A program made the position numbers and the translations under genes. DNA of 61,559 bases, counting the filler, from Sphacelaria rigidula (taxonomy: Eukaryota): the NCBI GenBank assembly GCA_964200075.2. It is 8 parts of 8 records of this genome, joined end to end, with 100 filler letters (N's around TTAATTAATTAA, not from the genome) between each part and the next. Parts side by side here need not be neighbours in the genome. Positions count along the whole stretch, not along the records: positions 7,709 to 15,316 come from CAXNAA020014112.1; positions 15,417 to 23,024 come from CAXNAA020014113.1; positions 23,125 to 30,731 come from CAXNAA020014114.1; 5 more parts are not named here. One strand, written 5' to 3'. Below the pieces are notes generated by a model. It worked only from the letters and a program-made list of their open reading frames with translations. It was not told where the DNA came from and did not search any database. Shown in pieces: positions 12,914 to 25,082 of the stretch (its first letter is position 1; every line of letters starts with the position of its first letter).

Positions 12914-12963
12914 GTGATGATGGTGATGGTGATGATGGTGATGGTGATGATGATGATGATGAT
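12914..12963. repeat. (GAT/GGT)n microsatellite
   Basis: Direct reading. Confidence 0.95.
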
Positions 12964-13879
12964 ACATGCAGACGCCTTCTTCTTGTCCTTCTCTTTCGCT
13001 GTTTTTGATTACCCTTCTCGAGGACCGATTACCTCCTTTCTCACGTGTTGTGTGTATGGTGGACAATTCGTGGTACGTTTCCGAAAAATACGAGCATTCT
13101 GCAGAACACTTTCATCACGTGCTCGGTAGCTCACTCGCGACCACGTGCTAGTTCGCGAGTTTGTATACAGTAGGAGCATGCGATCACATGCTGCAGTAAG
13201 TTGCTCGTCCCCCCTCATCACTCACGGGAGAAGAGAGTATGATGTTGAGCAATGGTACAATGAATATAACCTCCTTCGTGTACTGTAGGCAAGACCAGCA
13301 AATGGATTGAAGGACCAACTTCTATACACACTACAGTAAGTCTCTCCCCCTGGTACGTTTCTCTATGCATACGAGTACAGTAAACGTAAGCGGTTGGTAT
13401 GCGTTCATTGTAAAATTTTACTGTGGACATAGTTTTGTACGAGGAGTTTATAATAGGCGTGTAAGGGGAAAACGTCCGGTACATGAGCACACATACGCAC
13501 ACAACTATTATTCTTGGTTCCCTTCTCTTCTTCTCCTCGCTGTTTTTTCTGATTTTTTTTTTCTTTTCCGTTTCATGACGTTCGTGCTTATTCTCCGTCC
13601 TCTTCTTCTGCCTCACCCTCCTCCTCCTCCTCCTCCTTCATCGATTGCTTTCCCAAACACTTACCTCAGGTCTTTACATGTTTCTTGCAATCTACCTTCA
13701 CTAGGCCCCTAGTAGCGGATCAGCTGATGTGCGGTCATCTACCAATCAGTGCTTTCACACAAAAAAAATGAAAATACCCAAGTAAACACACACGTAGACA
13801 CACCACTGGTTCATCACTCTCACGTGGCTGTTCGCTCAGCCTGCATACATCGTGGTGTTCGCCCCTCGTCGCTGAAACC

Positions 13880-14178
13880 AACGTTTTCGTGAGATTGAGA
13901 GTAGAGAGCGCTGATCGAAAGTGGCTTCGGCCATTCGCTTGAACTTGGGCATTTTTTTCATGCCGTCTGTGCTCTTCTTTTTCTCTATCACTAGCGCGTG
14001 CTTACAGCTACACGCCGATGTCCTACTCGGGGATATCAAGGGCCTCAGTGACAAGCTACTACAGAAAGCATATCGGGCCTCGTGGAGGGGAATTTTTGGA
14101 ACTTGAACGATTCATTCACCAATTGACCGCTTTTCACTCCCACTCGTACCCTCTACTCTGAATCTCACGAAAACATTT
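13880..14178. mobile_element. Probable MITE with TIR TTTTCGTGAGATTGAGAGTAGA
   Basis: Inverted match 13883-13906 vs 14152-14176; homologous terminus at 7545-7608 cut by the contig end. Confidence 0.65.
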
Positions 14179-17100
14179 TTTGAATAGCTCACAACCGCGG
14201 GGCGATGTCATCGAAGGGGACGATTCGTGCTTGCCGATTCTTCATCATTTTGACGATCGTAAAAGCTTGTTAACACTTTCTCTGTTTCACCCTCGGAGCG
14301 AGAGTTGCCTGAAGCATTTAGCACCCGCGAATACCAGTTCAACAGGTGCACAAACACACTGAACGTGCTATTTCAGGGGGGTCGAGCCCAGATTGTTTTT
14401 TACTGAAATCGTTGGCCTTCTCGAATTTGGGTGAAGCCGCGGGTATGCGCAGCAGGCAGTGACATCAATCTGCGCACTCACTGACGAAGTAAAACGCTGC
14501 GGACCAGTGAGGATAATGTCGGCATCCTCGTGTACGTAACACGTTTCACCACCACGAATCAATTATTTCCAGGTCTGAGTGGTGGGTCGGAGTCTTTTCA
14601 CGCGGGTATGCATTTGCGACATATATATATATATATTTCCTTTTTAGCGAATACTTTGTCACGATTTCATCTTCATGTCTTCCGATAATTCGTTCCCATG
14701 CTTTCATATCTTCCGACAAGTGTTTGGGGAAATAAACAGTCGTTTCTCACCCCTGGATCTGTCTTTTGTAGCCTGGTACTGAGATCGTCGCACCGGACCC
14801 CACTGAACCGATGTCAACCGACGGTGGAAATCATATCATGTTTCGACGAAGGTGAAATTCCGCGTCTGTCATTTACTCGAAATCCCACGATGGGGTCCAC
14901 TGTCAGTTGACATCAGCTGAATGTGTCGCGGGACGAAGTCGATACTACGCTATGCAAGAAAAATTATAGAACTGACAGATGTTTGTATCTTATGGTACAC
15001 ACTGTTCATCGGTGATCCTTCCTTATCAACGTCTCATCATGTTTTTGCTTTTCCATGTGCTGTCATGATTTTGTTTTTATGCCTTTTTCATGAGCGCCAA
15101 GATTACCGTACGAGCAAACCTTTGTTGCTTGATGGCGGAAAGGAGAGCAGCACGCTTGGATACGCGGGGATCGCACGTCTTCCAAAAAATCATCAATCAT
15201 GTGGTCCATATATACATATATATATATATGGGTATGCCTGCTGACACTTCCTACAATAGCCCCCCCCCCCCCCCACCCTCACCTCTAGACTCTTGGGTTG
15301 GCGTCGAGTGGCAACGNNNNNNNNNNNNNNNNNNNNNNNNNNNNNNNNNNNNNNNNNNNNTTAATTAATTAANNNNNNNNNNNNNNNNNNNNNNNNNNNN
15401 NNNNNNNNNNNNNNNNTCTTCGTCATGGAGTATCCCATCTTTGAAATTCGGTCCAGGGGGTGTGCGATGACTCGCACACCTACGGTAGTGGCCAAATGAG
15501 CTAGGTCATGATCCGGGTCAGTACTCTAATTAGAAGGAAAATCCAGGTAGCTAGCTCATGACCTGTCCGACGTGTGAATATTTGAGGAAGGAAATAATCT
15601 AAAGACAGTATCTACCACTCGTCAGTGTGTACTGTGGGAGAGTGTGACGTGCAGTCTGGTTGTCATTGACGGCCTGTGGGGGGCGCTATTATATGGCGTT
15701 GGGTGAAAGCAGGGGGCTTGGTGGTGCATTGGTGTCAGGTGAGACTGATTGTCGTTAAAACCAAGTGCATTTTTTTTTCTTTTCTGGATGGTACTCTCCT
15801 AGATGCCCCCCATGTTTTTGCACTCGAGGTGCACCGCGAACAGAATCATGTGCATTTCAGTACAAAATGTCATAGGCGGAGAGTGATTCGTAGCCACCAC
15901 CCATCCCCCACCTCCGCCACAGTTCGACGGAAATTCGGCGTGGTCCGTCCCGGCTTTGTAGGGATGAGGCGAGAGTCAATGGTGTCATGACTCCGGCATG
16001 CAATTTCATGCAGCACACCCCTCCTCCGTCCTCCCCTCCCCACACAATTTGAGGGGACGGTCTGACATATGGTGGTACGGGTTGAGCTTCATGTTTAGAC
16101 TGTCGCTTACCTGTATAGCGGTGGTATGGCATATAGAGCTCCTTGCCGCAACCCTACTATCGCCTCGTAATCTTTGAATGTTTCACAACGTGGACACTGA
16201 CTTTAGGTGATTGTCGCACTTTAATTAATCCCCCAGGGATCCAGCCGTGGTCACACGATAGACAACATATGATCAAAGGCTGCAATAGAAAAATCGTAAT
16301 GCGTAATAAAGTATAGGCCTATTGCAACTCTATTGTTGAGCATAGAATGCTTTCTCGTTTGGTCTATCCCTCAAAGGCTTCTTCTAAGCGCCATTGAAAA
16401 ACATCTACGTCAATCGTCTCAAGATCCCTCATGTCTGGAAGTTTCATTTTTTTGTGTGGGTCTCACTGGATTCCTGGGGTCTCTGACCCTTTGGCGCACA
16501 TTGTTCTTACTCCATCACCTTCCCTCCAAACCTCTCTCCGATGGAAGAGTTGCAAGATGAAGTATCGTACACGTGTTCCAGGAGGCGACCCGGAGATTAA
16601 CCGTTAGACGGCGACAGTAGGTCATCTGTCGAATCGGCATCAATTTCGCCTGAAGAACATGTGCACGATCCAGATGGACTACCCTCGCGGTGGTTCGTTG
16701 GGGGTCATGACGCGCTGGAGGTACAGGTCCTCTTGAGGTTTTGTACGTTTGCTCAAAGTCGTCAAGCTGGTTGTGAAAGAGCAGTAGATGGAACGTGACG
16801 TACGTGCCGCTGGAAGCAAAACCCTCTCACAATTTCATGTCTGCCTTTTGTTTTTACTCCACTCTAGTTTCGAGGTTCGGGAGGCGTTTTTCCGTACACA
16901 CGTTTCTCGGTGGAAGGTATTGGTCGGGAATTTTCGTCCAACGTATTTCGGTCGTCTTTACCGACTCCTTCGGGTCATGAGCCGTCGGAAGTGCCTAGGG
17001 ACCCGAGATTCCCAGATTCGTTTCTCCCATCTGCTGCATTTGTCACATCGTTCCGAGGGGTAGTATACGAAAGACCAGGGCTGCCATTGCCCCCTCTATC

Positions 17101-17248
17101 CGTCTTGCAGTCGTTGTCACCGGTTTCTCGGGGTCCCTATTTGCCGGATATGGCCGGGGACCCTGAACAAACCGGTGAAGTCGATTGAACCTGCTCAGGA
17201 CAGTCACTGGCGACCTCTGCACAGGTGACCTTTACATGTCCTTTTTAA

Positions 17249-17346
17249 CCCTTGGACCGCGAGGTTAGTCTTCTGTTGAATCGACATCAATTTCAAGTGA
17301 ACAAAAGTATGCATGATTCAGAAAGACTAATCTCGCCGTCTAAGGG
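17249..17346. mobile_element. piggyBac-type mini-MITE (98 bp, TTAA TSD, CCCTT termini)
   Basis: TTAA|CCCTTGGACCGCGAG...CTCGCCGTCTAAGGG|TTAA; inverted copy at 50607-50703; diverged copy ~16602-16691. Confidence 0.9.
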
Positions 17347-18328
17347 TTAACCCCTAAAACCGGCGTCAGACATATGATTGCCGAGTAAATTGCAGGACTT
17401 GTACCAGAACCGTTCTGTGTTGCATCTTCTTCACAAGAAGCCATCTTTGTTGTCTGCACAAAGTTGGGACACTTTTATTTGGAGGTGGTTAGGAGGCCAC
17501 CGTGTGTACCCCCCGGGATTGGGATTGTGAGTCCTCAGTGTATTCGTTGGGTATGCCCGAGTCCACGATACGGAGGGGGTCCCACTACAGTGCGATCGAA
17601 ATCATTTGCCTTCAGAGTCCGGTCCAGTGTCCTAAATAATACCAGCTCACTGCACTACACCAGGTCACGAGCTGGGCCAGTCAAGGTTCCTATTGGTCGT
17701 TGAGCAGCTACGTGGAGCATATGTAGGAATTCCGAATTGAAATGTTGACCAGCGACATCTCTTCGTTGATGGCCCTCATTTCGCGCAGATGGTGCATATG
17801 TGCAAGTTCGCGATGATGATGCTCATTTTCCCGGGTAGCATAGTTCACGTTTGCGATGATCCTTATAATTCTGCGTGTAGCCTTGTTTTCTTCATGGATC
17901 AACGTAAGTTCGCGTCTATCTTGTGACTAATCCCGGCTGGATTCGTTGGGAATCGAGTGGTGTGCGACAATCATTCGATGAATCAATATATCAAACAACC
18001 AATCGATTAATCAATCAATCAATCAAAACAACGAATCAGTCGTTAAAATCCATCACCAAGTCAAATCAGCACTGGGTTCCCACAGGGTTTATCAGTCGAA
18101 CAATCAATTCAGAGCTATAACTTCGCTGAGGGCAGATCTAGTCATTTTGGGACTGCACCTCGTACTTGCTGATTTTAGTGTTTTTGATTCGTACGGCACG
18201 AATCGACCCTTGAGCTTCGTTGTCAGCGCTGCACGTACCCCAGGTTCGCGCACCCCAGGCACGTGGAATGGCGCAAAAAATGCGTCGCGACCTCTTTTTT
18301 CTCTCTTTCGAGCGATCATGCCTCGAAA

Positions 18329-18366
<38 letters not shown>

Positions 18367-18664
18367 TCCTTGATGGAAGGAGGAAACCCAACCCAACTCT
18401 TACCCCGCTGGCGATCGCAACGATCGCGAGCGATATTTTTTGGTGATTTGAACTGGCGATGATGTGTCCAACCCGAAGTATGTATATTTACCCCGAATGT
18501 TTGTCGGCTGAGCAGTATACCTTTCCATACTACCCCTTGACCTAATCCATGTTCAACCATATCCATACCCGCCGTATCCGCTCATTGGGGCATGGCGTTC
18601 TCATCTCATCTCATCTCATCTGGTATTGTCCTCCATCCTCGCGCTCCCCCCCCTCCCCTCTCAG

Positions 18665-21600
18665 AGCTATCTCATCAGGAGTCGATCCATGAGACACAGG
18701 GAGGGGGTTCCTTCACCAACAAAGCTTATTTTGAGTCCCGGGGGTTCCAATACGCTGGTGACTGAAGGTGACGATAACGACATGCGGGCTGCCACTAAGG
18801 AGCTACTCGATCTCAAGACGAGGTAGGTTTTTTTTTTTTTGTTCGAGTGAGGCGGTCGTCGACATAGTCATCGTGGTCGTTACTTTATTTATTTTATTAT
18901 TTGACATGTTTTCCAGGTTTTGTTCGCATCCATATATCTAGAGAGAGAGAGAGAGATAGAGAGGGAGGGGAGAAATGGGTATATGGAGTTGCTGGTGGGT
19001 GAAAAAACGTCAAGTATGTGTGTGTTCGTCCCATTTATTCTGGGCACCAGTCTACACCTTTCGGTATATGTGGGCGCTTCAGCCGGGGTCACACAGGAGG
19101 AATGTCAGCACAGGAGCTTTTTCTGTTGATCATTTGTTTTTAATACCCCACCTTCCTGCTGCGGTGCTTGCCTTTCTTTTTTATCGCGAGAGGGGATCAG
19201 CAGTCCCATTCCCTCGTGGACCGTTACGTCGAATTTTTATGTAAACGAACAAATGATGGATGTGTATGACACCTCTCTTGGAAATTCGATTAGGTACATG
19301 GCGGCTACGCAGCACTGGCTGAAAACGGACATCGTCAACGATGAAGAACTTCGGATGATTCGAGCACAGGTGTTCGAGGCAATCCAGCGTAAGCGGAGCC
19401 AGCTGCATCGGGAAGCAGCGGCTGTGCTGAGGGCAGAACGGTGAGTAGAGTCATGCTACAATAGAGGGGGGAGGGGGAGGGAGGTTCTCTGGGCCGATTT
19501 CTTCCACAAAATTCTACTTGCAATCGTCTTTGATATCAGCAACGGTGGTTCGAACGTGCTTGCTTCTGATTTATAAGGCCCATTCACACTGTTTGACACC
19601 GCGTTTACCCAAACACAAGCGCCCCGCGAGTGTGTTGGGCCGTCTGACGCACCGATAAGCCAATTTTTTCGTGGAATCGAACACCCCTATCGGCGACAGT
19701 TCGGCAATCAATCAATCGATCAATCAAAATTGAACCAGACGTTTAGATGTTTACAGATACCGTACGAGTTAGGAGAGGTGTCTATTCGGTAGGTCGACTT
19801 CGTCTCTCTCGCTGTTTGCGTGGGAGCACTGCGCACTGCGGGGGAGGAATCGGCTGTAACCCCTCGGGTTTGACGGAAGATGTGTTACTGAAGCACTTCC
19901 CCCGATCTATTTTGAGAAGTCAGTCCCCACGCGTGTGTACGGCTGTGTTCGGGGCGTGGAGCACCGCTGATTTTCACATTCTGTAGCGTGATTCAGTTTT
20001 GGGGAAGCTGTGCGGTTGGTATTCGGAGAGCCTTTGGCTCCGAGATAAATGGTGAACTTCTGACGTACCATGCAGATACAACGATGCACACGTGGGACAG
20101 GTCAGGAGCTATCTGGAATGACTAATCGAAGAGAACTTTCAGATCTTTTGTACAAGAATACAAAACACGTGACAGCAGTGTCCGAAAAGCCGAGGCTTTA
20201 CCTTCCCGCTCCACGGTGTGCTCGGCGTACATCGCTGTCGGGAGCTAATACGGAAATAGTGGCCAAATGACCCAGCTCATGATGCGGGTCAGCACTCTCT
20301 CATAAGAGATGGTGTACAGGTAGCTAGCGCATAACCTGTCCGAACTGGGCAATACTGTACGTGAGTTTTGGGGCGTTTTATGTACACGGGTCGCGTGAAA
20401 ATCGTAGTCGGATTTTCGGTGGATTGCCGCGACGATCTCGTACAGCATCCCTGGCAAACCGAACAGGGCCGCAGTCGGATGGAAATCGTTTGACACTGTC
20501 ATCACGCCGAGTATGTCGAAGTAAGCGCATCGCAGCACACGTTCGTTAGTTCGTTAGTTCGCACCCAGAAGGTCTTTTGATGTTCGCCCGACACATGGAC
20601 GCCACCGGTGAATCTTACGGGATCGTGTCAAACGGGATATCATAACTTTATCCAAGGTGATGGACCTTTCACACGGCCCACCCTTGGTTTCCTCGTCGTC
20701 CCCCCTATTACTCCTTCTCGGACGGGATGCGCGGTCAATGGTCAAACGACTATATCAAGGACCGGACAAATCAATGATTCGTCTGGAAATCACTTAGTTT
20801 TAGTGTACTTGATTCGAATCGTAGGAATCGATCAATCCTTAGGCCCTGTTTTCAGCGTTGCAACCCAGGTACACGCAGCCCAGACGCGTGGACCGGCGGT
20901 CAACTATTCTCTCTTTTTTGAGCAATCAGGCCCAAGAAATCGTGGTTTTGGTGATTCGAAACCGTGATAATTCGTCCTAACCGTGAAGTATTAACAAGGC
21001 GAGCAACAAATGAGTACCCCCACCCCGGCTCTGTAGGGATGTGAGGTCAATGGTCATCGGACTGCGGCAAACAAGATCATGAGTACCCCCCCCCGCGCGC
21101 GCGCTCCACCCGCCCGTCCTCCTTCGATTCACTCTTGTAACTTTCAAGGGTGGCAAATGAACATCAGCACAAAGGCCAAGCTGATGGGGAGGCAACGATG
21201 GCCATCAGCACGGGCGTGTCGGATGACGCTTTGCCCACCGCGTTCGCCACCGCCATGACTGCATCTCCCGCTTCATCCAGCCACAACGGTCATGAGTCAT
21301 CGAGCAGCATAGACGAAGAAGAGGCAACAAGGACAATCTCGATGCTCAGCGGGACCGCGGATTTGCTGAAATTCAGTCGCTTGCTATTGCTACTGAGCGA
21401 AGCCATATCTGTGTCGTCGTTTATTGGAGGGGGGGCTGGGGGATCTGCGGGGACGGCGACGGCCGCACTCCCAGGTGTGTGTGTGTGTGTGTGTGTGGCC
21501 ACCTAAAGAAATGTTCGTCAACAATCGTTGATGCTCTGTACATACCGCCAACCCTAGCCCTAACCCTAACCCCGACCAAGGCATACCGAGAACTCTCAGG

Positions 21601-22902
21601 TAAGGGGAGTGCGGAATGTTTCCTAAGCAAAATGTGGCGTTGTCCGAGCTCAAAGCATCGACGCCGCAGTTGCCGATTTTGGACCAAAACACGTTCTGGA
21701 CAAGCTGGGTCTACTTACTGCTTACCTGCGAGCACCTACACAAGAACCGTTTACATATATTATCCCCGTCCTGTTCGCCGTCTGTGGCCACCATCTATAT
21801 CCTAGTATAGCGATGGTTTTTCCGCTACTGTCTAGTGCATGAAGCGATTTCATGCCACCTCCGCTCACGTCCCGCATTTCCCCCTCTAGCACATCCCGGT
21901 CCTCCTTGTGCAGTTCACATTCTCCCACTTCATGAGTTCTGCTCTCTATTGCTTTGCCACAGGGGCAATTCTGTGCATCTCTTTCTTCCTTCTCTCGACT
22001 ACTGGTGAATATCGGAACGGAGGAGGGAGGGGGGGGGAATTCTCGAATATTTATTTTGCCGAACGAAGCATGCCAGCACTACAATGAATCTGGGTGACGC
22101 CCGCAGTTTTCGGATTTGTTGACTTGGTCAGCCGGCCGCTGTGATTGGTGGAGTCGATGATTGGTGTGGGACCCTGAGGGTTCCGGTAATGTAGAATCGG
22201 TTGATTAGTCGATTGGTTCGACTGTTGCATTTTTTTCTTCTTTTTCTGACGTATGTAACCAAGGTACCGGCCGTGGTTGAAACGGAAAACGGAGAACAGT
22301 GGTTGGTTCCTTGGTTGATTCGTTTGTTGTCGGGCGAGAACTGATGCCGAGCCGGGGTCTCACACGATAGACGTGCCCAACTGAGTCAAAAGACGGGAGC
22401 ACCGGCTGGGGGAACTCGAGACAGGCAGGCAGTGAGGGAGAAAAATGGAGGAGAACGGACACAGTAGAATTGATGAGAAGAACATGATCGGCAAGCCCCT
22501 GTCGCATGCTTCGCGGTACGGGGGTTGTACAAACTGATGACATGAATATCCCGGACCGTTTTCGTGGAAGAAGGTTGTTGCGATACACCTACCCTTCCGG
22601 GGACAACACCACTGTCCTGAGCAAACTTGCAGTTAGTAGCGAAGTGAAGCAGGAACAGGATAGCCTGCTCATTTTCGGTACTGTGAACAACAAACACCCT
22701 GGGTCACAGACGTTAGGTGGCCTGCTGAAGCTATCGGCGAACTCGGGCGTGTCGTGTCACCGTGCGCTTTATTGGTTCTCCAGGAACGGCGACGAGAATG
22801 TTACCCGAAACGATCCCGGAAGTGGTGCCCGCGGTGGATATTAGTACAGGTGGAGCTGCGAAGGTTGCTGTCCGTAGTGCCGCTGACGCGAAAAAGAATG
22901 AG
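18665..22902 (+). CDS. Four phase-compatible internal exons of an uncharacterised gene (18665-18822, 19294-19440, 21149-21474, 22784-22902)
   Basis: All bounded by AG/GT; phases 0-2, 2-2, 2-1, 1-0 join without stops (...LLDLKTR-YMAATQHWLK...LRAER-VANEH...ALPG-TATRML...KKNE). No family recognised. Confidence 0.75.
19016..19240 (-). mobile_element. 5'-truncated tRNA-derived SINE copy
   Basis: Matches the body of 52430-52801 (CCTTTCGGTATATGTGGGCGC..CAGCCGGGGTCACACAGGAG). Confidence 0.85.
20756..20984. mobile_element. MITE family B copy
   Basis: Colinear with 57064-57321, with an internal deletion. Confidence 0.8.
21500..21695 (-). mobile_element. Dispersed repeat family D with internal TTAGGG-like hexamers (other copies ~34595-34785 and ~55000-55260)
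   Basis: Shared GAGAATTCTCGGTATGC/GAGTTCTCGGTATGC-like block followed by a (TAGGGT)n-like array. Confidence 0.6.
21760..22008 (-). mobile_element. LINE ORF2 3' fragment (C-terminal CCHC-type motif)
   Basis: TSSREKEERDAQNCPCGKAIESRTHEVGECELHKEDRDVLEGEMR...TIAILGYRWWPQ; homologous fragment at 24030-24156 (+). Confidence 0.7.
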
Positions 22903-22955
22903 GTGCGCCCATCATCCTACCTTCTTAAAGGGTGTACTCAGTTTTTTTCCGGGGG

Positions 22956-23024
22956 GGAGGGGTGTACTCATGATCATGCATGCCATAGTCATGAGACCAT
23001 TGACCTCGCATCCATACAAAGCCG
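22956..23024. repeat. High-copy repeat family E (GGGATGCGAGGTCAATGGTC...CATGATCATGAGTAC + polyC/(CA)n), often at contig ends
   Basis: Copies at ~15928-16020, 21008-21090, 30685-30731, 31045-31142, 38295-38400, 53784-53852, 53953-54125. Confidence 0.85.
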
Positions 23025-24029
23025 NNNNNNNNNNNNNNNNNNNNNNNNNNNNNNNNNNNNNNNNNNNNTTAATTAATTAANNNNNNNNNNNNNNNNNNNN
23101 NNNNNNNNNNNNNNNNNNNNNNNNGTTTCGAGAAGGATCACACGATTACTTGATCCCAGTATCGAGCGGGACATCATTTTGGCTATTAATACTATTGATG
23201 AGATGATGAGATGAGATGATAAAAAATAAAATATTGATAATATTGATATATTGATATTGATAATATTGATGATGGACTCCAGGGTCCAACCAGGCACGTC
23301 GGTATATTAGCATTTGTAGATACGGGAAGCACCGCTTTGACGGGCTGCAGCATCGGGTGGCAAGTTTGCCAAGCCACACCGTACATACAGCCTAGTCTGG
23401 CGGAACCCAGCGAAATCCCGTCACCAAATGTGGAAGGCACAGTGGGTTGTGCGGGCGTTGCATGGCGGGCGTAATCGCAGGCGTCCGCACAGGCGATGTA
23501 CATGCGCACGGGAGGGAGCCAACGGGCATCGCCTACCGTAATCAGGCCAGAAGAAAAACACCACAGTCAGTAAATACAGTAGGTTACAGTATTGACTTGT
23601 GGCAAAACTCCGTGCAAGATAAATATAAGCATGTGAAAAGTCGGCGACGAGAGTAGACGGCACGAGACGATAGCGGTAGCCGGCGTCATGAACCTCATGC
23701 AGCATGAAGTATGTCTGTGCAACGGTCGGGAACGATCAAGCCGCGGTATGGATGTGGTGGGGCAACTGTGCCTTTCGCTACGCCGTTGTGTAATAGTCAA
23801 CCCGCAGTATATGTTGTCGGCACGTGCTTGGCAGAGCGCAGTTCTCTGCATGCCTTGCGTTTTACAGAGATTCTTTCAAAATATAATACAGACATGACAC
23901 GAAGCAGTAAGGCATCACAATCCCCATCGCCTTTCGCAGACGAGGCAGCTCGAACATTTTCGTCTTTCCTCATTTTTACTGTGCACTCGAGTCATCGCTC
24001 GTTGTGGAAAAAAATACTAGGGCGAGCAC

Positions 24030-24156
24030 TCGACCTGCCAGAAAGAAGAAAGAGATATACCAGTAGTCGAAAGCAGGAGGAAGCAGATGTACAGAACTGC
24101 CGCTGTGGCAAAGCAATACAGAGCAGAAGTCATTGTAGTGGGATGTGAACTAACGA
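24030..24156 (+). mobile_element. LINE ORF2 3' fragment, same family as 21760-22008
   Basis: DLPERRKRYTSSRKQEEADVQNCRCGKAIQSRSH. Confidence 0.7.
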
Positions 24157-24418
24157 GTCAGTCGCCACTCCCGAGTAGAGGTGTCGAGGGCATTTGATCG
24201 ACATATGCGGAGTAAACACAGCGGCATATTGAACCGGGAGAACCTCGCAAACGGCAAGACCGATTGTCGAGGCGGTAACTCCAACAGGAATGTGCTCCTA
24301 AGATATGAGAGGCGGGCGACGAAAGATATCGAGCTGTGGTGAGTTGCTCGACTCTGAATTGCCCCGGTACTTTAGGCGCTCGGCGTTGAGGAGTGCAGTA
24401 CTGAGCCTTTGCTTCTTT

Positions 24419-25082
24419 CCCGACGACCGCGGATACCGCCTGGACGACCAAGGCAGACTTGGTAACGGTGGGCGCGATCGTTGTCCCCGCCGTAGCTGAT
24501 GCAGCCATTTCCCTGACTGAATCGTTCCCCGCGACATCGGTGACAAAAGCGTGCTCAACGGCCGCCGATGTAGATTCTCTCTTCGCCGTTGATGATTCAG
24601 CTCCCGCAGCCGCGGTATCGAGGCGCTCCGGTGCCACGGGCGCCGTAGCGCACGACCCTTCCCTTGTGGAGCCAAAGCTTCGTGGCTGTGCGATATCGCC
24701 CGGCGAACGATCGATGACAGTGTCCCGTACACCGGTTGCACATTGGATGGGATCCCCGCTGGCGGAGCAAGCATCCGCGGAGTGCTCGCTGATGGAGGCG
24801 GCAGCAGAAAAAAGCTGCGGGGGATCGTCTACGTTCGGGGCAGCCCCCACTGTCGCCTTCTCGGCAGGCGGCAGATCCTGCTTCTGTTCAGCCGGATCGA
24901 CCGTGCATCCGACCGCGAAGAGAGAATCTACATCGGCGGCCGCTGAGCACGCTTTTGTCACCGATGTCGCGGGGAACGATTCAGTCAGGGAAATGGCTGC
25001 ATCAGCTACAGCGGGGACAGCGATCGCGCCCGTCGTTACCAAGTCTGCCTTGGTCGTCCAGGTGGTATCCGCGGTCGTCGGG
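24419..25082. repeat. Inverted duplication: ~175-bp arms (24419-24594, 24906-25082) with a ~310-bp spacer
   Basis: Arms are reverse complements with few mismatches; ORFs on both strands encode the same peptide blocks (AVADAAISLTESFPATSVTKACS). Confidence 0.92.

Noticed and set aside
16330-17900. Decayed coding-like sequence on the minus strand
   Set aside because: Many stops and no recognisable domain; probably an old TE
10807-22902. One long plus-strand gene spanning contigs 2 and 3
   Set aside because: The linker at 15317-15416 joins unrelated contigs
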